NCBI GenBank assembly: GCA_964621235.1
Contig: CAZULR010000001.1
Coordinates: forward strand, 1,058-65,057
DNA length: 64,000 nucleotides
Direction of reading: 5' to 3'
Source of the DNA: an uncultured Acidimicrobiaceae bacterium
GTDB lineage: Bacteria > Actinomycetota > Acidimicrobiia > Acidimicrobiales > RAAP-2
The number at the start of each line of letters is the position of its first letter. Position 1 is the stretch's first letter. The translations under genes were made by a program, and so were the position numbers. Of the stretch, positions 1 to 9,686 are shown in pieces. The notes below the pieces were generated by a model. It did not search any database, was not told where the DNA came from, and was given only the letters and a program-made list of their open reading frames with translations.

Positions 1-846
1 GAGGACGAGGTCATACAGTTGGCCGACCGCCGGCCCCCTCGCCTCGGCGAGCAGTCGGCTCTCGGCCGAACCGGAGGCGATCCAGTTGACCTGTCCCACC
101 TGCCCGACGGCCGCGACGACCCAGACGCCGACGAGGACCAAGAGTGTGGCGATCGGCGCGAGCAGACTCCGAATCCGTTCGGTGAACAGAGCCGGGCGCA
201 CCGCCAGGACGCAGACGAGCATGGAGATGGGCGCCAACACCGCGAACAATTGGGCGGCCGTCGCCAACACCGCCAGCAAACTGAAGGCCCACATCCAACG
301 CAGTCTCGGATCGCGGAGCCATTCGACAAGGGCGACAGCGCACAACGCGACGGCCAGGGCACTGAGTTCGTAGGGTCGGGCGTTCAACGCCTTGAGGACC
401 AGGAGCGTGCTGGTGGCAGTGAGGACGGCGGCAACGATTCCGCACCACCTTCCCGCCAACCTGAGTCCGAGGACGCCGACCACCAGCACGGTGCCTCCGT
501 AGGCGAGCAACGACAGTGCGTGCGCCCAGGCGATGCTCCACGAGACCAGCATCCAGAAGTGGAGGACGACGTAGTACGGAAGCATGACCAGGTCGACATG
601 GGTGGACTGGGCCCAGAGGTCCGACCAGGAAAGTCGGGCGGAGTACAGCGAGGCCCCTTCGTCCGCGAACATCGACTTCCCGAGCCAGGGCACCGAGCCG
701 AGCGTCGCCACTACCGCCACCGCGATCACGACCACCAGCCCGACACGGTCGTGCCCGACATCCTGCGGTGGCCGATCTCCGACGGTTCCCGCAGGTGTTG
801 GCGTTGCTTCGACCGACACTTCCACCCCGTCCGCCCCCTCGCTCAT
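1..846 (-). CDS. GT-C fold polytopic membrane glycosyltransferase (GT39/PMT_2/ArnT-like), first 282 codons; 3' end lies beyond the left window edge
   Basis: Absent from the ORF track because it runs off the edge. Hand translation of the reverse strand from ATG (844-846) is stop-free to position 1: MSEGADGVEVSVEATPTPAGTVGDRPPQDVGHDRVGLVVVIAVAVVATLGSVPWLGKSMFADEGASLYSARLSWSDLWAQSTHVDLVMLPYYVVLHFWMLVSWSIAWAHALSLLAYGG... It has several hydrophobic helices and high GC3. The listed ORFs 11..1423(-) and 19..879(+) are Arg/Gly-rich shadow frames. Confidence 0.7.
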   Translation of the reverse strand, partial: MSEGADGVEVSVEATPTPAGTVGDRPPQDVGHDRVGLVVVIAVAVVATLGSVPWLGKSMFADEGASLYSARLSWSDLWAQSTHVDLVMLPYYVVLHFWMLVSWSIAWAHALSLLAYGGTVLVVGVLGLRLAGRWCGIVAAVLTATSTLLVLKALNARPYELSALAVALCAVALVEWLRDPRLRWMWAFSLLAVLATAAQLFAVLAPISMLVCVLAVRPALFTERIRSLLAPIATLLVLVGVWVVAAVGQVGQVNWIASGSAESRLLAEARGPAVGQLYDLVL

Positions 847-1096
847 TCCAGCCCGTCCAACGAGCAACTCGTACTATAGGTTTGGCCCGCGTTCCCTGTC
901 CGGCGGTCATTTCAGTTCCGACCGCCCGGTTCGCGACCGCGTCTGGCGAGTACGGCAGCTGTTCTACAATTCCGATGACGAACGGGTACGTTGATGCGGT
1001 TGGGATGCGCATCGTCCAGTGACGCGGAACGTTCGGACATTGTCCGTGATCCGACCGGCGTCGCACGACGCCGGGGCACCACGAGGGGGATCGACA

Positions 1097-1477
1097 ATGA
1101 AGGAATGGACACGGGGCCTGCGACTGTGGCGGCGATGGTTCGTCGGAGAGGCTCCCCTGCCCCAGGGAAGGGTGCGATCGGTGGGCATCGCGATCGCGGT
1201 CGTGCTCGTGGGAATCACCGGTCTGCTGTTCACGGAAGCCGACTCCGTCGGTGCACGCCCGGCAGCGGCCGTGGAGACCACCACCACCTACGACCTGCCG
1301 TTGTCCTCTCTGACTCCTCCGAGCACGGCGGCGCTCCCCTTCACATCCGCTCGGTCGACACGCGCAGTCACGTCGTCCCCCACGTCGACCTCTGCGTCCT
1401 CGCACCCCGGCCACCACCTTCATCGCGCTCGCGCGAAGGCCAAAACGAAGGCGAAATCAGCGAAGGTCGCGAACTGA
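1097..1477 (+). CDS. hypothetical membrane-anchored Ser/Thr/Pro-rich protein
   Basis: Within ORF 1019..1477. An internal ATG at 1097 (MKEWTRGLRLWRRWF) is followed by one hydrophobic helix (VGIAIAVVLVGITGLLF) and an S/T/P-rich tail. No recognisable domain; start uncertain. Confidence 0.4.
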   Translation: MKEWTRGLRLWRRWFVGEAPLPQGRVRSVGIAIAVVLVGITGLLFTEADSVGARPAAAVETTTTYDLPLSSLTPPSTAALPFTSARSTRAVTSSPTSTSASSHPGHHLHRARAKAKTKAKSAKVAN

Positions 1478-1607
1478 TCGCCTCGAAGGTCGGCGAGATC
1501 CTTGAGGCCGGAGTCCGTCGGTCCGGACTGATCACCGTTCGACGTCGGCAACGTGCACTCCAAGGTGCACAGCGCTGGACGGCGATCTGCTGGCTACACT
1601 CGGATCC

Positions 1608-1919
1608 ATGAAATGGTTAACCGTCGTGCTCCTTGCAATTGTCGGACTCCTTGCCGCGTTCGTCGCAATCGAGTATTTCACCGTGTCGATCCATTCCCTG
1701 CCGAGCTATATCCCTGGTCACCGGAATGTCAACGGTCGGTACCACGTACGGGGTGCAATCGCGGCCTTGATCGCCATCGTCGCCCTGGCCGGTGCGGCCG
1801 TCCTCGCCATCCGGATCGTCAGGCCTCGTGACCCGAAGCCCGAAGTGGTGGAAGCGCCGCCGGCCAATGTGTCTGCCGACCAGTTGCTCGGTAACGGCGA
1901 AGCCGATCCCCACGCGTGA
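1608..1919 (+). CDS. small two-helix membrane protein, unknown function
   Basis: 103-aa ORF with two hydrophobic helices (WLTVVLLAIVGLLAAFVAI and AIAALIAIVALAGAAVLAI). GC3-rich frame. Confidence 0.55.
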   Translation: MKWLTVVLLAIVGLLAAFVAIEYFTVSIHSLPSYIPGHRNVNGRYHVRGAIAALIAIVALAGAAVLAIRIVRPRDPKPEVVEAPPANVSADQLLGNGEADPHA

Positions 1920-2171
1920 CGAGCTCCGGTCCGCAGTCCGGGGTACGTAGTCGAACCGCGCCTGGTGCGTCGGTGAGCAGCCGTACCAGAGGAGAGGGTG
2001 GTGAGTTCCGGGATGATGGGCACGGTGCGCCCCGGGTGCGCCAGGTCATTGCAGACCCGGACGATCTGACAAGCACCCACTGGTACGACCGTCCGCCGAT
2101 CCGGCAGGCTGGTCGGACGGCCGTCTCCGTCCGGACGACCTGCCACCGACCCGACCGGAGGAGAGACCGCG

Positions 2172-2897
2172 ATGGTGAGTGACTCCGGGTCGGAGGATGT
2201 GCGCGAGTTCTTCGATCGCCAGCAGCTCGACAATCAGTACGAGTCGCTGAAGAACATGACCCAGGAGCTGGATGTCGAAGCGGCTCGCCTGTTGAACTCC
2301 AAGGTGCGCGGTGACACCCTCAGCATCGGGGGCATCTGGGACTTCTTCACGTGGGAGGACCAGATGACGTCGTTGACGGTGCTGGACCTCTCACCGGAGA
2401 TGCTGAAGTCCTACTGCCCGGAACACGCCACCGGAGTGGTCGGGGACATCTACGAACAGGAGTTCCCGCCGGACAGTTTCGATTCCATCGTGTTCCCCCT
2501 CATGCTCCATCACACACCCAAAGGGAACTGGGCGTCCTGCGAAGCGCGGGTGGAGGAGGCGATCGACCGGGCCCGCGGGTGGTTGCGTGAGGACGGACAC
2601 CTCTTCATCCTCGAGTACTGCCCGCAGCGTGCGTGGTCACCGATCCAACGAGCTCTCCTGCCCCTCACCAAGTGGTTTCTCACCACCTTCCACCAGCCAC
2701 TGGTGGTCATGTACGAAAAACGCTTCTACCAGCGGATCCTCAACGAGCGATTCGGTTCGTGCACCATCCAACTGGTCGATCCTCCCGGATTCAACTACCG
2801 GAAGTGGTATCCGGTCTTCATGTCGATCCGATGGCTTCGGGTGCCGATGGCGATCTATCCGAAGCTCCATGTGATCAGCGCGCCGGCGCTCCCCTGA
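2172..2897 (+). CDS. class I SAM-dependent methyltransferase
   Basis: 241 aa. Methyltransferase-like LTVLDLSPEML motif-I region, DSIVFPLMLHH and GHLFILEY. GGAGGAG Shine-Dalgarno 8 nt upstream of the ATG. Confidence 0.7.
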   Translation: MVSDSGSEDVREFFDRQQLDNQYESLKNMTQELDVEAARLLNSKVRGDTLSIGGIWDFFTWEDQMTSLTVLDLSPEMLKSYCPEHATGVVGDIYEQEFPPDSFDSIVFPLMLHHTPKGNWASCEARVEEAIDRARGWLREDGHLFILEYCPQRAWSPIQRALLPLTKWFLTTFHQPLVVMYEKRFYQRILNERFGSCTIQLVDPPGFNYRKWYPVFMSIRWLRVPMAIYPKLHVISAPALP

Positions 2898-3049
2898 GTC
2901 GTCACCCGGTGAGCCGGGTCCGAACCCCCCGTTTGCCCTGTTCAGAGCCGAGCTTGCTGAGGTGGCCCGGGGCCATCGGGGTTGCCGTTGGAAGTGCCTC
3001 ATGGTATTTTTCAACGATCGGTGTCTCCAGCTTTCGGCACTGACGAACG

Positions 3050-4507
3050 ATGGGGGGCACGTTGATGCCAGTTGACCAGCAGGTATCCGAGGAACGAATT
3101 GGCATCGTCGTCGTCGCGTACAACGCCGCGTCCACCTTGGCCGCGGTGCTCGACCGGGTACCGCAGAGCTTCCGGTCGCGGGTGTCGGACGTTCTGGTCT
3201 GCGACGATGCCAGCAGCGACTGCACCTACACCGTCGGCAAGGAGTATCAGGCTGACACCGATCTGCCGCTGACCGTCATCCGCCGGCCGCAGAACCTCGG
3301 CTACGGGGGCAACCAGAAGGCCGCGTACCGGTGGGCCATCGACAACGGTCTCGACATCGTGGTGCTCCTCCATGCCGACGGGCAGTACGCACCCGAGGTG
3401 ATCGAGGATCTGGTGGCGCCGTTCGAGTCCGAGGACTGCGACGCCGTCTTCGGGTCCCGCCTGCTCGACCCGGGCTCCGCGCGTATCGGTGGGATGCCGC
3501 TCTACAAGTACCTGGGCAACCGCGTGCTCAGCAAGTTCTCGAACGCGGCCACGGGCCTGCAGCTGTCCGAATGGCACAGCGGCTACCGGGCGTATCGGGT
3601 GCAGGCACTCAACGAGATCCCGTTCGAGTCGAACACCGATGGATTCGACTTCGACACGGAGATCATCCTCCAGTTGCTCGAGGCGAAGAAGGTCATCGTC
3701 GAGGTCCCGATCCCTACCTTCTACGGCAACGAGATCTGCCACGTGAACGGGATGGGCTACGCCAAGGACGTGGTGACCGACGTCCTCCGCTACCGGGTCC
3801 ACAAGATGGGCTTCGGTTCGGGCGACATGGCGTTCGCCGATGATGGCTACGACCAGCGGCGAACGACGGCTGCGCATCGCAAGCTCCTGACCTGGCTGAG
3901 CGAAGGGGCGCCGAAGCGGATCCTCGATCTGGGCTGCGCCAACGGCCGCCTGGGTGAGCTCCTCCGGCTGGAGGGACACACCGTGGTCGGCATCGACTCG
4001 GTGAAGTTCGACGGTGTCGCCGACCGACTCGACGAGTTCATCGAGGCCGACCTGAACGACGGACTGCCCGCTGACGTGGGCACCGACTTCGACGTGGTCA
4101 TCGCCTCCCACGTGCTGGAGCGACTCACGGATCCCGAGGCGCTCCTCCGGCAGCTGCCGCAGGTGCTGGCGCCCCGAGGTGTGGTCATGGCCAGCATTCC
4201 CAATGTGGCGCACTGGTACCCGCGCGTGCGGGTCGCGTCGGGGAAGTTCGACTACGAGCAGCGCGGCATCTTCGACGGTCAACACCTCCGCTTCTTCACG
4301 CAGAAGAGCTTCGAACGCATGGCCACGAAGGCCGGGATGCGGGTGCGTCGACGCTCGAGTGCCGGTCTGCCGGTCGAGGTCGCAGAACGCGGGGGTCCGT
4401 CCCCGTCCCGGGTGATGAGGTCCGTGGCCGCCGCGGACCGGCTGGGACTCGCCTTCTCGCCGACGCTCTTCTCCTACCAGTTCCTGTTCGAGTTGGAGCC
4501 GGTCTGA
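3050..4507 (+). CDS. bifunctional family-2 glycosyltransferase / class I SAM methyltransferase fusion
   Basis: N-terminal GT-A signature (IGIVVVAYNAASTL, VLVCDDASSD, NLGYGGNQKA, LLHADGQY). C-terminal MTase (RILDLGCANGRLG motif I near 3920-3955, FDVVIASHVLERL, LAPRGVVM). Confidence 0.9.
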   Translation: MGGTLMPVDQQVSEERIGIVVVAYNAASTLAAVLDRVPQSFRSRVSDVLVCDDASSDCTYTVGKEYQADTDLPLTVIRRPQNLGYGGNQKAAYRWAIDNGLDIVVLLHADGQYAPEVIEDLVAPFESEDCDAVFGSRLLDPGSARIGGMPLYKYLGNRVLSKFSNAATGLQLSEWHSGYRAYRVQALNEIPFESNTDGFDFDTEIILQLLEAKKVIVEVPIPTFYGNEICHVNGMGYAKDVVTDVLRYRVHKMGFGSGDMAFADDGYDQRRTTAAHRKLLTWLSEGAPKRILDLGCANGRLGELLRLEGHTVVGIDSVKFDGVADRLDEFIEADLNDGLPADVGTDFDVVIASHVLERLTDPEALLRQLPQVLAPRGVVMASIPNVAHWYPRVRVASGKFDYEQRGIFDGQHLRFFTQKSFERMATKAGMRVRRRSSAGLPVEVAERGGPSPSRVMRSVAAADRLGLAFSPTLFSYQFLFELEPV

Positions 4508-4616
4508 CCCGGCGCCGGGCCTTGGCGACCCGTACGTCGGATTCGAAGGCGCGACGTGTTGTGCGCGAACATTCGGAAGGGCCCAGTCGCCATCGTGGTG
4601 ACGTGATTCGGATCGA

Positions 4617-5498
4617 GTGACAGTGAACATAGAGTCCTACGACACCCAGCGCGCACCGGTCCTCGATTTCGCCGCGCTCGAAGCCCGGATCGCCCGCGTC
4701 CGATCGGCCTATCAATCTGCAGACCCGTTCCCCCACGTCATCCTGGACGACTTTCTCGAGGAGGGGGTGGTGGCCTCGGCGAACGAGGAGTTCCCCACAC
4801 TCGAGGGTGGCGAGTGGATCTCCTACCTGCACGTCAACGAGCGCAAGTTCGGTCAGACGGACGCATCCACGTGGGGCCCGACCCTCCAGTCCATCCTGCG
4901 GGAGCTCAACTCCGACCGGTTCGTGCGCCAGCTCGAGCAATTGACGGGCATCGACGGGCTGTTCGCCGATCCATCCCTCGAGGGAGGAGGGCTCCACCAG
5001 TCGACGACGGGTGGCTTCCTCAACATCCACGCCGACTTCACCGTGCATCCGCAGCACCGGACGTGGCGGCGTCGGGTCAACCTCCTCGTGTACTTCAACG
5101 AGGAGTGGCTGCCGGAATTCGGTGGGGATCTCGAGCTGTGGAGCACCGACATGAAGCGGTGTGAACAGAAAGTGGCACCCGTCGCCAACCGGGCGGTCAT
5201 CTTCACCACCGACCCCGACTCCTTCCACGGACACCCGGAGCCGATGCAGTGTCCTCCGGATCGGGCCCGTCGGTCGCTCGCCCTCTACTACTTCAGTCTC
5301 GATGAGGACTCGGTGGTGCGCTCCACCGAATACCGGGCACGGCCGGGCGATGGCGCACGGTCGATCCTCATCTACCTCGACAAGCAGGTACTTCGTGTCT
5401 ATGACCGGATCAAGCGGCAGTTCGGGATCTCCGATCGGGCGGCCAGTGACCTCCTCGGTCGTCTGGACAAGTTCCGTGGTCGCAAACCTCCGTCGTAG
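4617..5498 (+). CDS. 2OG-Fe(II) oxygenase superfamily protein (prolyl-4-hydroxylase-like fold)
   Basis: 293 aa, GTG start. DPFPHVILDDFL N-terminal box. HxD facial-triad candidate in FLNIHADF, distal His in SFHGHPEP, RRSLALYY Arg for 2OG. Confidence 0.8.
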   Translation: MTVNIESYDTQRAPVLDFAALEARIARVRSAYQSADPFPHVILDDFLEEGVVASANEEFPTLEGGEWISYLHVNERKFGQTDASTWGPTLQSILRELNSDRFVRQLEQLTGIDGLFADPSLEGGGLHQSTTGGFLNIHADFTVHPQHRTWRRRVNLLVYFNEEWLPEFGGDLELWSTDMKRCEQKVAPVANRAVIFTTDPDSFHGHPEPMQCPPDRARRSLALYYFSLDEDSVVRSTEYRARPGDGARSILIYLDKQVLRVYDRIKRQFGISDRAASDLLGRLDKFRGRKPPS

Positions 5499-5558
5499 CC
5501 CCCCGTCCCACGCCGAGTTGCCGACGCCAGCGGGCGTGGAGGCAGGTACCCCCGTGCC

Positions 5559-6905
5559 ATGCCGCCCGCGAGCGTCCGCCTCCGTGGCGACCGCGCCCGA
5601 ATGAACGATCCGGTGACCACGGCGAGCGACGAGGGGGGCGTTCGTCACTCACTGGGCCAGGCGTATTCGGGTCGCCACAACAGCCTGAACTTCCTGCGAC
5701 TCGTACTGGCGCTCGTCGTCGTCGTCGATCACGCCTATGGACTCGGTGGCTTCGGATCACTGGTGACCCTTCACGGGATCAGCTTCGGCACCATCGCCGT
5801 CTACGGGTTCTTCGCGATCAGCGGCTTTCTCATCGCGGGAAGCGCTATGCGCAACGGGTCGGTGCGGTATCTCTGGCAACGGTTCCTTCGCATCTTCCCG
5901 GGATTCTGGGTCTGTCTTCTGGTTACCGCACTCGTCTTCGGCGTCATCAGCTGGTTCGCCAGCCCACTCCCGCACTGCGGTCTCTCGTGTTACGCACATG
6001 CTCCCAATGGACCGGCCACCTACGTCACCCGCAATTGGTTCCTGCCCAATCAGTACTGGGCGCAGTTCAAGATCTCCGGGACACCGAACGGGGTCCCCTT
6101 CGGGGTGACCTGGAACGGTTCCATCTGGACGCTCTTCTACGAGTTCTTGTGCTATCTCATGCTCCTGGCCCTCGGACTGACCGGCTTTCTGCGCTATCGC
6201 CTCGTCACGCTGGGGGCAACCATCGGCCTGTGGATCGTCATCGGTCTGGCCACTGCGACACCGTCGCTCAATCATCAGCTCAACATCCACAGTCACACGT
6301 TCCTCATGAACTTCATGAAGTTCGCCGTGGTCTTCCTCACCGGAAGTGTCATCTACCTCTACCGTCATCGGATCCCGGACTCCTGGTGGTTGGCCCTCGT
6401 CTGCGCAGTGGTGTTGATCGTCGGATTCTGGCTCCCGAACGGAGCCAAGGCGCACGGAGTAGGAGAGAGGAATCCCCTCTACTTCTTCACGTATTCGGGT
6501 CTCTTGATGCCGTTCATCACCTATCCGATGCTGTGGCTGGGTGCCCACCTCCCGTTGCAACGGGTCGGATCCACCAATGACTACTCGTACGGCATCTACA
6601 TCTACGGCTATCCGGTCGCCCAACTCATGGCGGTGTTCGGGGTGCAGAAGTGGGGCCTGCCGGCGTTCCTGTCCCTGAGCATCCTGGCCACGGCGCCCTT
6701 CGCCGTGGCGAGCTGGTGGTTCATCGAGAAGCGAGCCCTGAGTCTGAAGCGGATCGACGTCCATGCGATCGGACCCCGTCTTCGCAACCTCTCGCCCGGA
6801 GCGACCCGGCATGACGACCCCGGCGATGGGGCGGTCGACCAGGCCCTCGATGCCAGGGATGCCGGGGCCGACCGAGGGGTGACCCTGGAGAGTCGGGAGG
6901 GCTGA
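5559..6905 (+). CDS. acyltransferase family 3 (OafA/WecH-like membrane O-acyltransferase)
   Basis: 448 aa. LNFLRLVLALVVVVDHAYG (AT3 catalytic His region) and about 10 hydrophobic helices. Alternative start ATG at 5601 (MNDPVTT). Confidence 0.85.
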   Translation: MPPASVRLRGDRARMNDPVTTASDEGGVRHSLGQAYSGRHNSLNFLRLVLALVVVVDHAYGLGGFGSLVTLHGISFGTIAVYGFFAISGFLIAGSAMRNGSVRYLWQRFLRIFPGFWVCLLVTALVFGVISWFASPLPHCGLSCYAHAPNGPATYVTRNWFLPNQYWAQFKISGTPNGVPFGVTWNGSIWTLFYEFLCYLMLLALGLTGFLRYRLVTLGATIGLWIVIGLATATPSLNHQLNIHSHTFLMNFMKFAVVFLTGSVIYLYRHRIPDSWWLALVCAVVLIVGFWLPNGAKAHGVGERNPLYFFTYSGLLMPFITYPMLWLGAHLPLQRVGSTNDYSYGIYIYGYPVAQLMAVFGVQKWGLPAFLSLSILATAPFAVASWWFIEKRALSLKRIDVHAIGPRLRNLSPGATRHDDPGDGAVDQALDARDAGADRGVTLESREG

Positions 6906-7063
6906 CGTCCAGCGGGCGGGCCATGGCCCACGACTGAGTCGAGAACCTGCACATCGCCGACGGTTGCCGGCGATCGCAGCGGTGGGCGGACAGGATTCCT
7001 TCAGCATTGCCGGCGGCATCACCGGTACTGTGGCGAGTCCAGATGATCACGTGAGGGGGAAGG

Positions 7064-7963
7064 TTGTCGAACGACAGTGAACTTGTTGGTCCGGTAGGGA
7101 TAGGGGGAGTCGGGGGGAGCGGTACCCGGGTGATCGCCTCCATGGTCTCCAGCCTGGGCTTCCATCCCGGAGCCGACCTCAATACCCCCGAGGACGATCT
7201 GACCTTCTCGATGCTGTTCAAGCGCCCCCGTCTCTACCGGGGTGTCCGAGGACTCATACCCGCCGACCACCCGTCAGCAGTTGCCGCCACGAGGGCGTTC
7301 GTCGAGCTCCGCCACCGACGTCGGACGCCCAGCTCGCTCCTGCAGCTCATTTCCGCCTGTGCGGCGTTTCCGCGCAGTGGCGTGACGCCTCTGCCGAACG
7401 ACCCGTGGTCGTGGTCGATGCATCGGCTCACTGGTGCACTGCGGAACACCCCGCCGGACAAGGCCGGGATGTGGACGTGGAAGGAACCCAACACCCTGCT
7501 GTTCATCCCCACCCTCTTCCGCGAGCTCGAGGGCCTCCGCTACATCCACGTGGTGCGCAACGGCCTGTCGATGGCGAAGAGCAAGAACCGCTATCAGCTC
7601 GCCAACTGGGGCCCACTCTTCGACGTGCGCCCGGACGCCCGGCCGGTGGAGCTCCGCCAGTTGATCTATTGGGCACGGGTCAATCTCGCCGTGTCGGACT
7701 TCCTGGACGCTCAGCCCCGTTCCCTCGTGGTCACCCACGAGCGAGCGGTCGCAGATCCCGTGGGCGTGCTCACCGACATCGCGACGTTCCTGGGTCGAGA
7801 GGTGACTGACGAGGGACGTGCCGTCGTCGACCGGGTTCGGCGACCTGATGATTTCGAACGGTCCTATCCGTTCGACGAGAGTGACATGACTTCCGGCGAA
7901 CGAGAAGACGTCCGACGGGCTCTGGACCGATTCGGGTACGTCATTGACGACAGCTCCCACTAG
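7064..7963 (+). CDS. sulfotransferase family protein
   Basis: 299 aa. P-loop-like 5'-PSB GGVGGSGTR near the N-terminus. WTWKEPN and 3'-PB-like IHVVRNGLSMAKSKN. Confidence 0.75.
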   Translation: MSNDSELVGPVGIGGVGGSGTRVIASMVSSLGFHPGADLNTPEDDLTFSMLFKRPRLYRGVRGLIPADHPSAVAATRAFVELRHRRRTPSSLLQLISACAAFPRSGVTPLPNDPWSWSMHRLTGALRNTPPDKAGMWTWKEPNTLLFIPTLFRELEGLRYIHVVRNGLSMAKSKNRYQLANWGPLFDVRPDARPVELRQLIYWARVNLAVSDFLDAQPRSLVVTHERAVADPVGVLTDIATFLGREVTDEGRAVVDRVRRPDDFERSYPFDESDMTSGEREDVRRALDRFGYVIDDSSH

Positions 7964-8108
7964 ATGGAATGGGCCGATGGCCGCCATGACAGGTGGGACT
8001 TCGGCCACCGGACCCATGATGTCAACAGGATTCGGGACACCCTCACGTACGTCGGGAGACGGTTAACGTAGCAAAGGTGCACAACTTCCTGGACAAGGAA
8101 GGCCGGAC

Positions 8109-9686
8109 GTGATGGAACGAAGTGTCCTTCCGACGGAGATCAGCCCTCCGGACGGCCCATCCTCCAAGCCGTCCGACGAAGGCGGGAGGGGGACCTCGGC
8201 CTCCTGGCTGCACCGGCACAACGTCGCGCTGACCATTGTGGCAGCAGGTGTCACGCCGGTTCTCTATCTCCTCTATATCGCACACTTCGCGGTCAACGAC
8301 TTCCAGTTCGACGATTGGTCCGTCATCCCGCTGGTCCATGCCGCGATCCACGGCCATCTCTCGCTGGGCCAACTCTGGGCGCAGCACACCGAGTCGCGAG
8401 TCCTGGTGGCGAACGTCCTGTTTGTCCTCTTCGGTCTCCTCGACCGATTCGACACGCGCTGGGTGATCGTGTTCAACGCGTTGGTCTACATCGCCACCTA
8501 CGCCCTGGTGCTGACCCTCTTCCGCCGGTACATGGGAAGACGTCTCACGCCGATCCCGGTCCTTGTGATCGGGCTCGTCTGGTTCAGCCTGGCGGACGTC
8601 CAAGCCTCCCTGTGGGCCTTCCAGCTGACGTGGTACCTGGTGGTGTTCTTCTTCGTCGTCGTACTGTGTGCTCTGCTGGTTCCCACAGGACATCGGACGC
8701 TGTGGCTGACCGTGGCCCTCCTCGCCGGACTCGCCGCCTCGCTGTCCTTCCTCCAGGGATTCATCGTGTGGCCCCTGGGGGCGGTCTGCATCCTCTGGAG
8801 CCAACCGTGGGCGCGCCGAGCATTCGTCGAGCTCGCCGTCTGGATCGGCGGCATTCTTGCGACCAGTGCTCTCTACTTCTCGTCCTATCACTACAACTCG
8901 AATTGTGACCGGGTGATTCAATGTTCCACCAGCTCTTCTTTGGGACATCCGTTGACGGCGCTCCGCTACTTCTCTGTCCTCATCGGAGACGTCGTCCCTG
9001 GTGGATACTGGTCTGCACTCTTCTCCCCGGTCCACAATTTCGAGCGCTTCGAAGTAGTCGGTGCGGTGCTGTTCGCCACGGCCATATTCATCGTCATACA
9101 GTCGTGGCGCCACCGGACCTCGTCGGAACGTATCCCTGTGCCGATGCTGTTGATCAGCTTCGCCCTTCTCTTCGATGCCATGATCACCCTCGGTCGCAGT
9201 CGGATGGGCTCCGGTGAAGCCCTCTTCAGCAACCGTTACGTCATGGCGAACCTCATGCTCCTGACCGGCATCGTCATGTATGCGTGGCGCCACCGGCCGC
9301 CACACATCCTTCCCATCGGTGCTCGATCCTGGAAGGTCTACGCCACGTGGCTGACACTTCTCACGTTGGCGATCTTTCTCATCGTGCAAACGACCGTCGC
9401 GACCGGATTCGGATTGAACAATGGTCAACTCGACCGCGAGTTCCTGACCAACCAGGCTCGGCTGGTCGTCAACCTCGACCGCATACCCCCCCAGGACCGA
9501 TCCTGTGAGGTGAACATCTACCTGGACCTGGGCACCGTCAACTCCAAGCAGCCGTCGGCCCAGAGAATTCGCAAGATCGATGAGGCTGCCACGGACCAAC
9601 TGGGGGAGTTCCGTCCGGACTCCTTCCGCTACTTCCGGAAGTTGGGCCCCCCTCCACTGTCCCCGATCTGCTCGACCGGGCCCTAG
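8109..9686 (+). CDS. polytopic membrane protein, GT-C-like candidate glycosyltransferase or polymerase
   Basis: 525 aa. More than 10 hydrophobic helices over about 410 aa, then a roughly 110-aa soluble tail. No specific family recognised. Confidence 0.7.
   Translation: MMERSVLPTEISPPDGPSSKPSDEGGRGTSASWLHRHNVALTIVAAGVTPVLYLLYIAHFAVNDFQFDDWSVIPLVHAAIHGHLSLGQLWAQHTESRVLVANVLFVLFGLLDRFDTRWVIVFNALVYIATYALVLTLFRRYMGRRLTPIPVLVIGLVWFSLADVQASLWAFQLTWYLVVFFFVVVLCALLVPTGHRTLWLTVALLAGLAASLSFLQGFIVWPLGAVCILWSQPWARRAFVELAVWIGGILATSALYFSSYHYNSNCDRVIQCSTSSSLGHPLTALRYFSVLIGDVVPGGYWSALFSPVHNFERFEVVGAVLFATAIFIVIQSWRHRTSSERIPVPMLLISFALLFDAMITLGRSRMGSGEALFSNRYVMANLMLLTGIVMYAWRHRPPHILPIGARSWKVYATWLTLLTLAIFLIVQTTVATGFGLNNGQLDREFLTNQARLVVNLDRIPPQDRSCEVNIYLDLGTVNSKQPSAQRIRKIDEAATDQLGEFRPDSFRYFRKLGPPPLSPICSTGP

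Noticed and set aside
1478-1607. Short inverted repeats (GTGCAC-TCCAAG-GTGCAC and AGTCCG-TCGGTC-CGGACT) upstream of the small membrane-protein gene, considered as operators or attenuators
   Set aside because: The stems are only 6 bp and are built from self-complementary hexamers, with no supporting conservation within the window.
2904-2919. ACCCGG-TGAG-CCGGGT hairpin just after the stop of the 2172..2897 methyltransferase gene, considered as a terminator
   Set aside because: The stem is only 6 bp and there is no downstream T-tract. The next gene is 130 nt away on the same strand and is probably co-transcribed.
3011-4630. Very long antisense or off-frame ORFs. Examples are 11..1423(-), 3011..4630(-), 4296..5648(-), 5757..7022(-), 8043..9839(-), 13129..14370(+), 17381..18733(+), 24153..25577(-), 25705..26760(+), 25973..27388(-), 28924..30042(-), 33394..34485(-), 37852..39063(-), 51857..53521(-) and 63164..63958(-).
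   Set aside because: They are Arg/Gly/Pro/His-rich low-complexity translations with no motifs. Each lies opposite to, or out of frame with, an ORF that has clear family signatures. This is the usual stop-codon-poor shadow-frame artefact of high-GC DNA.
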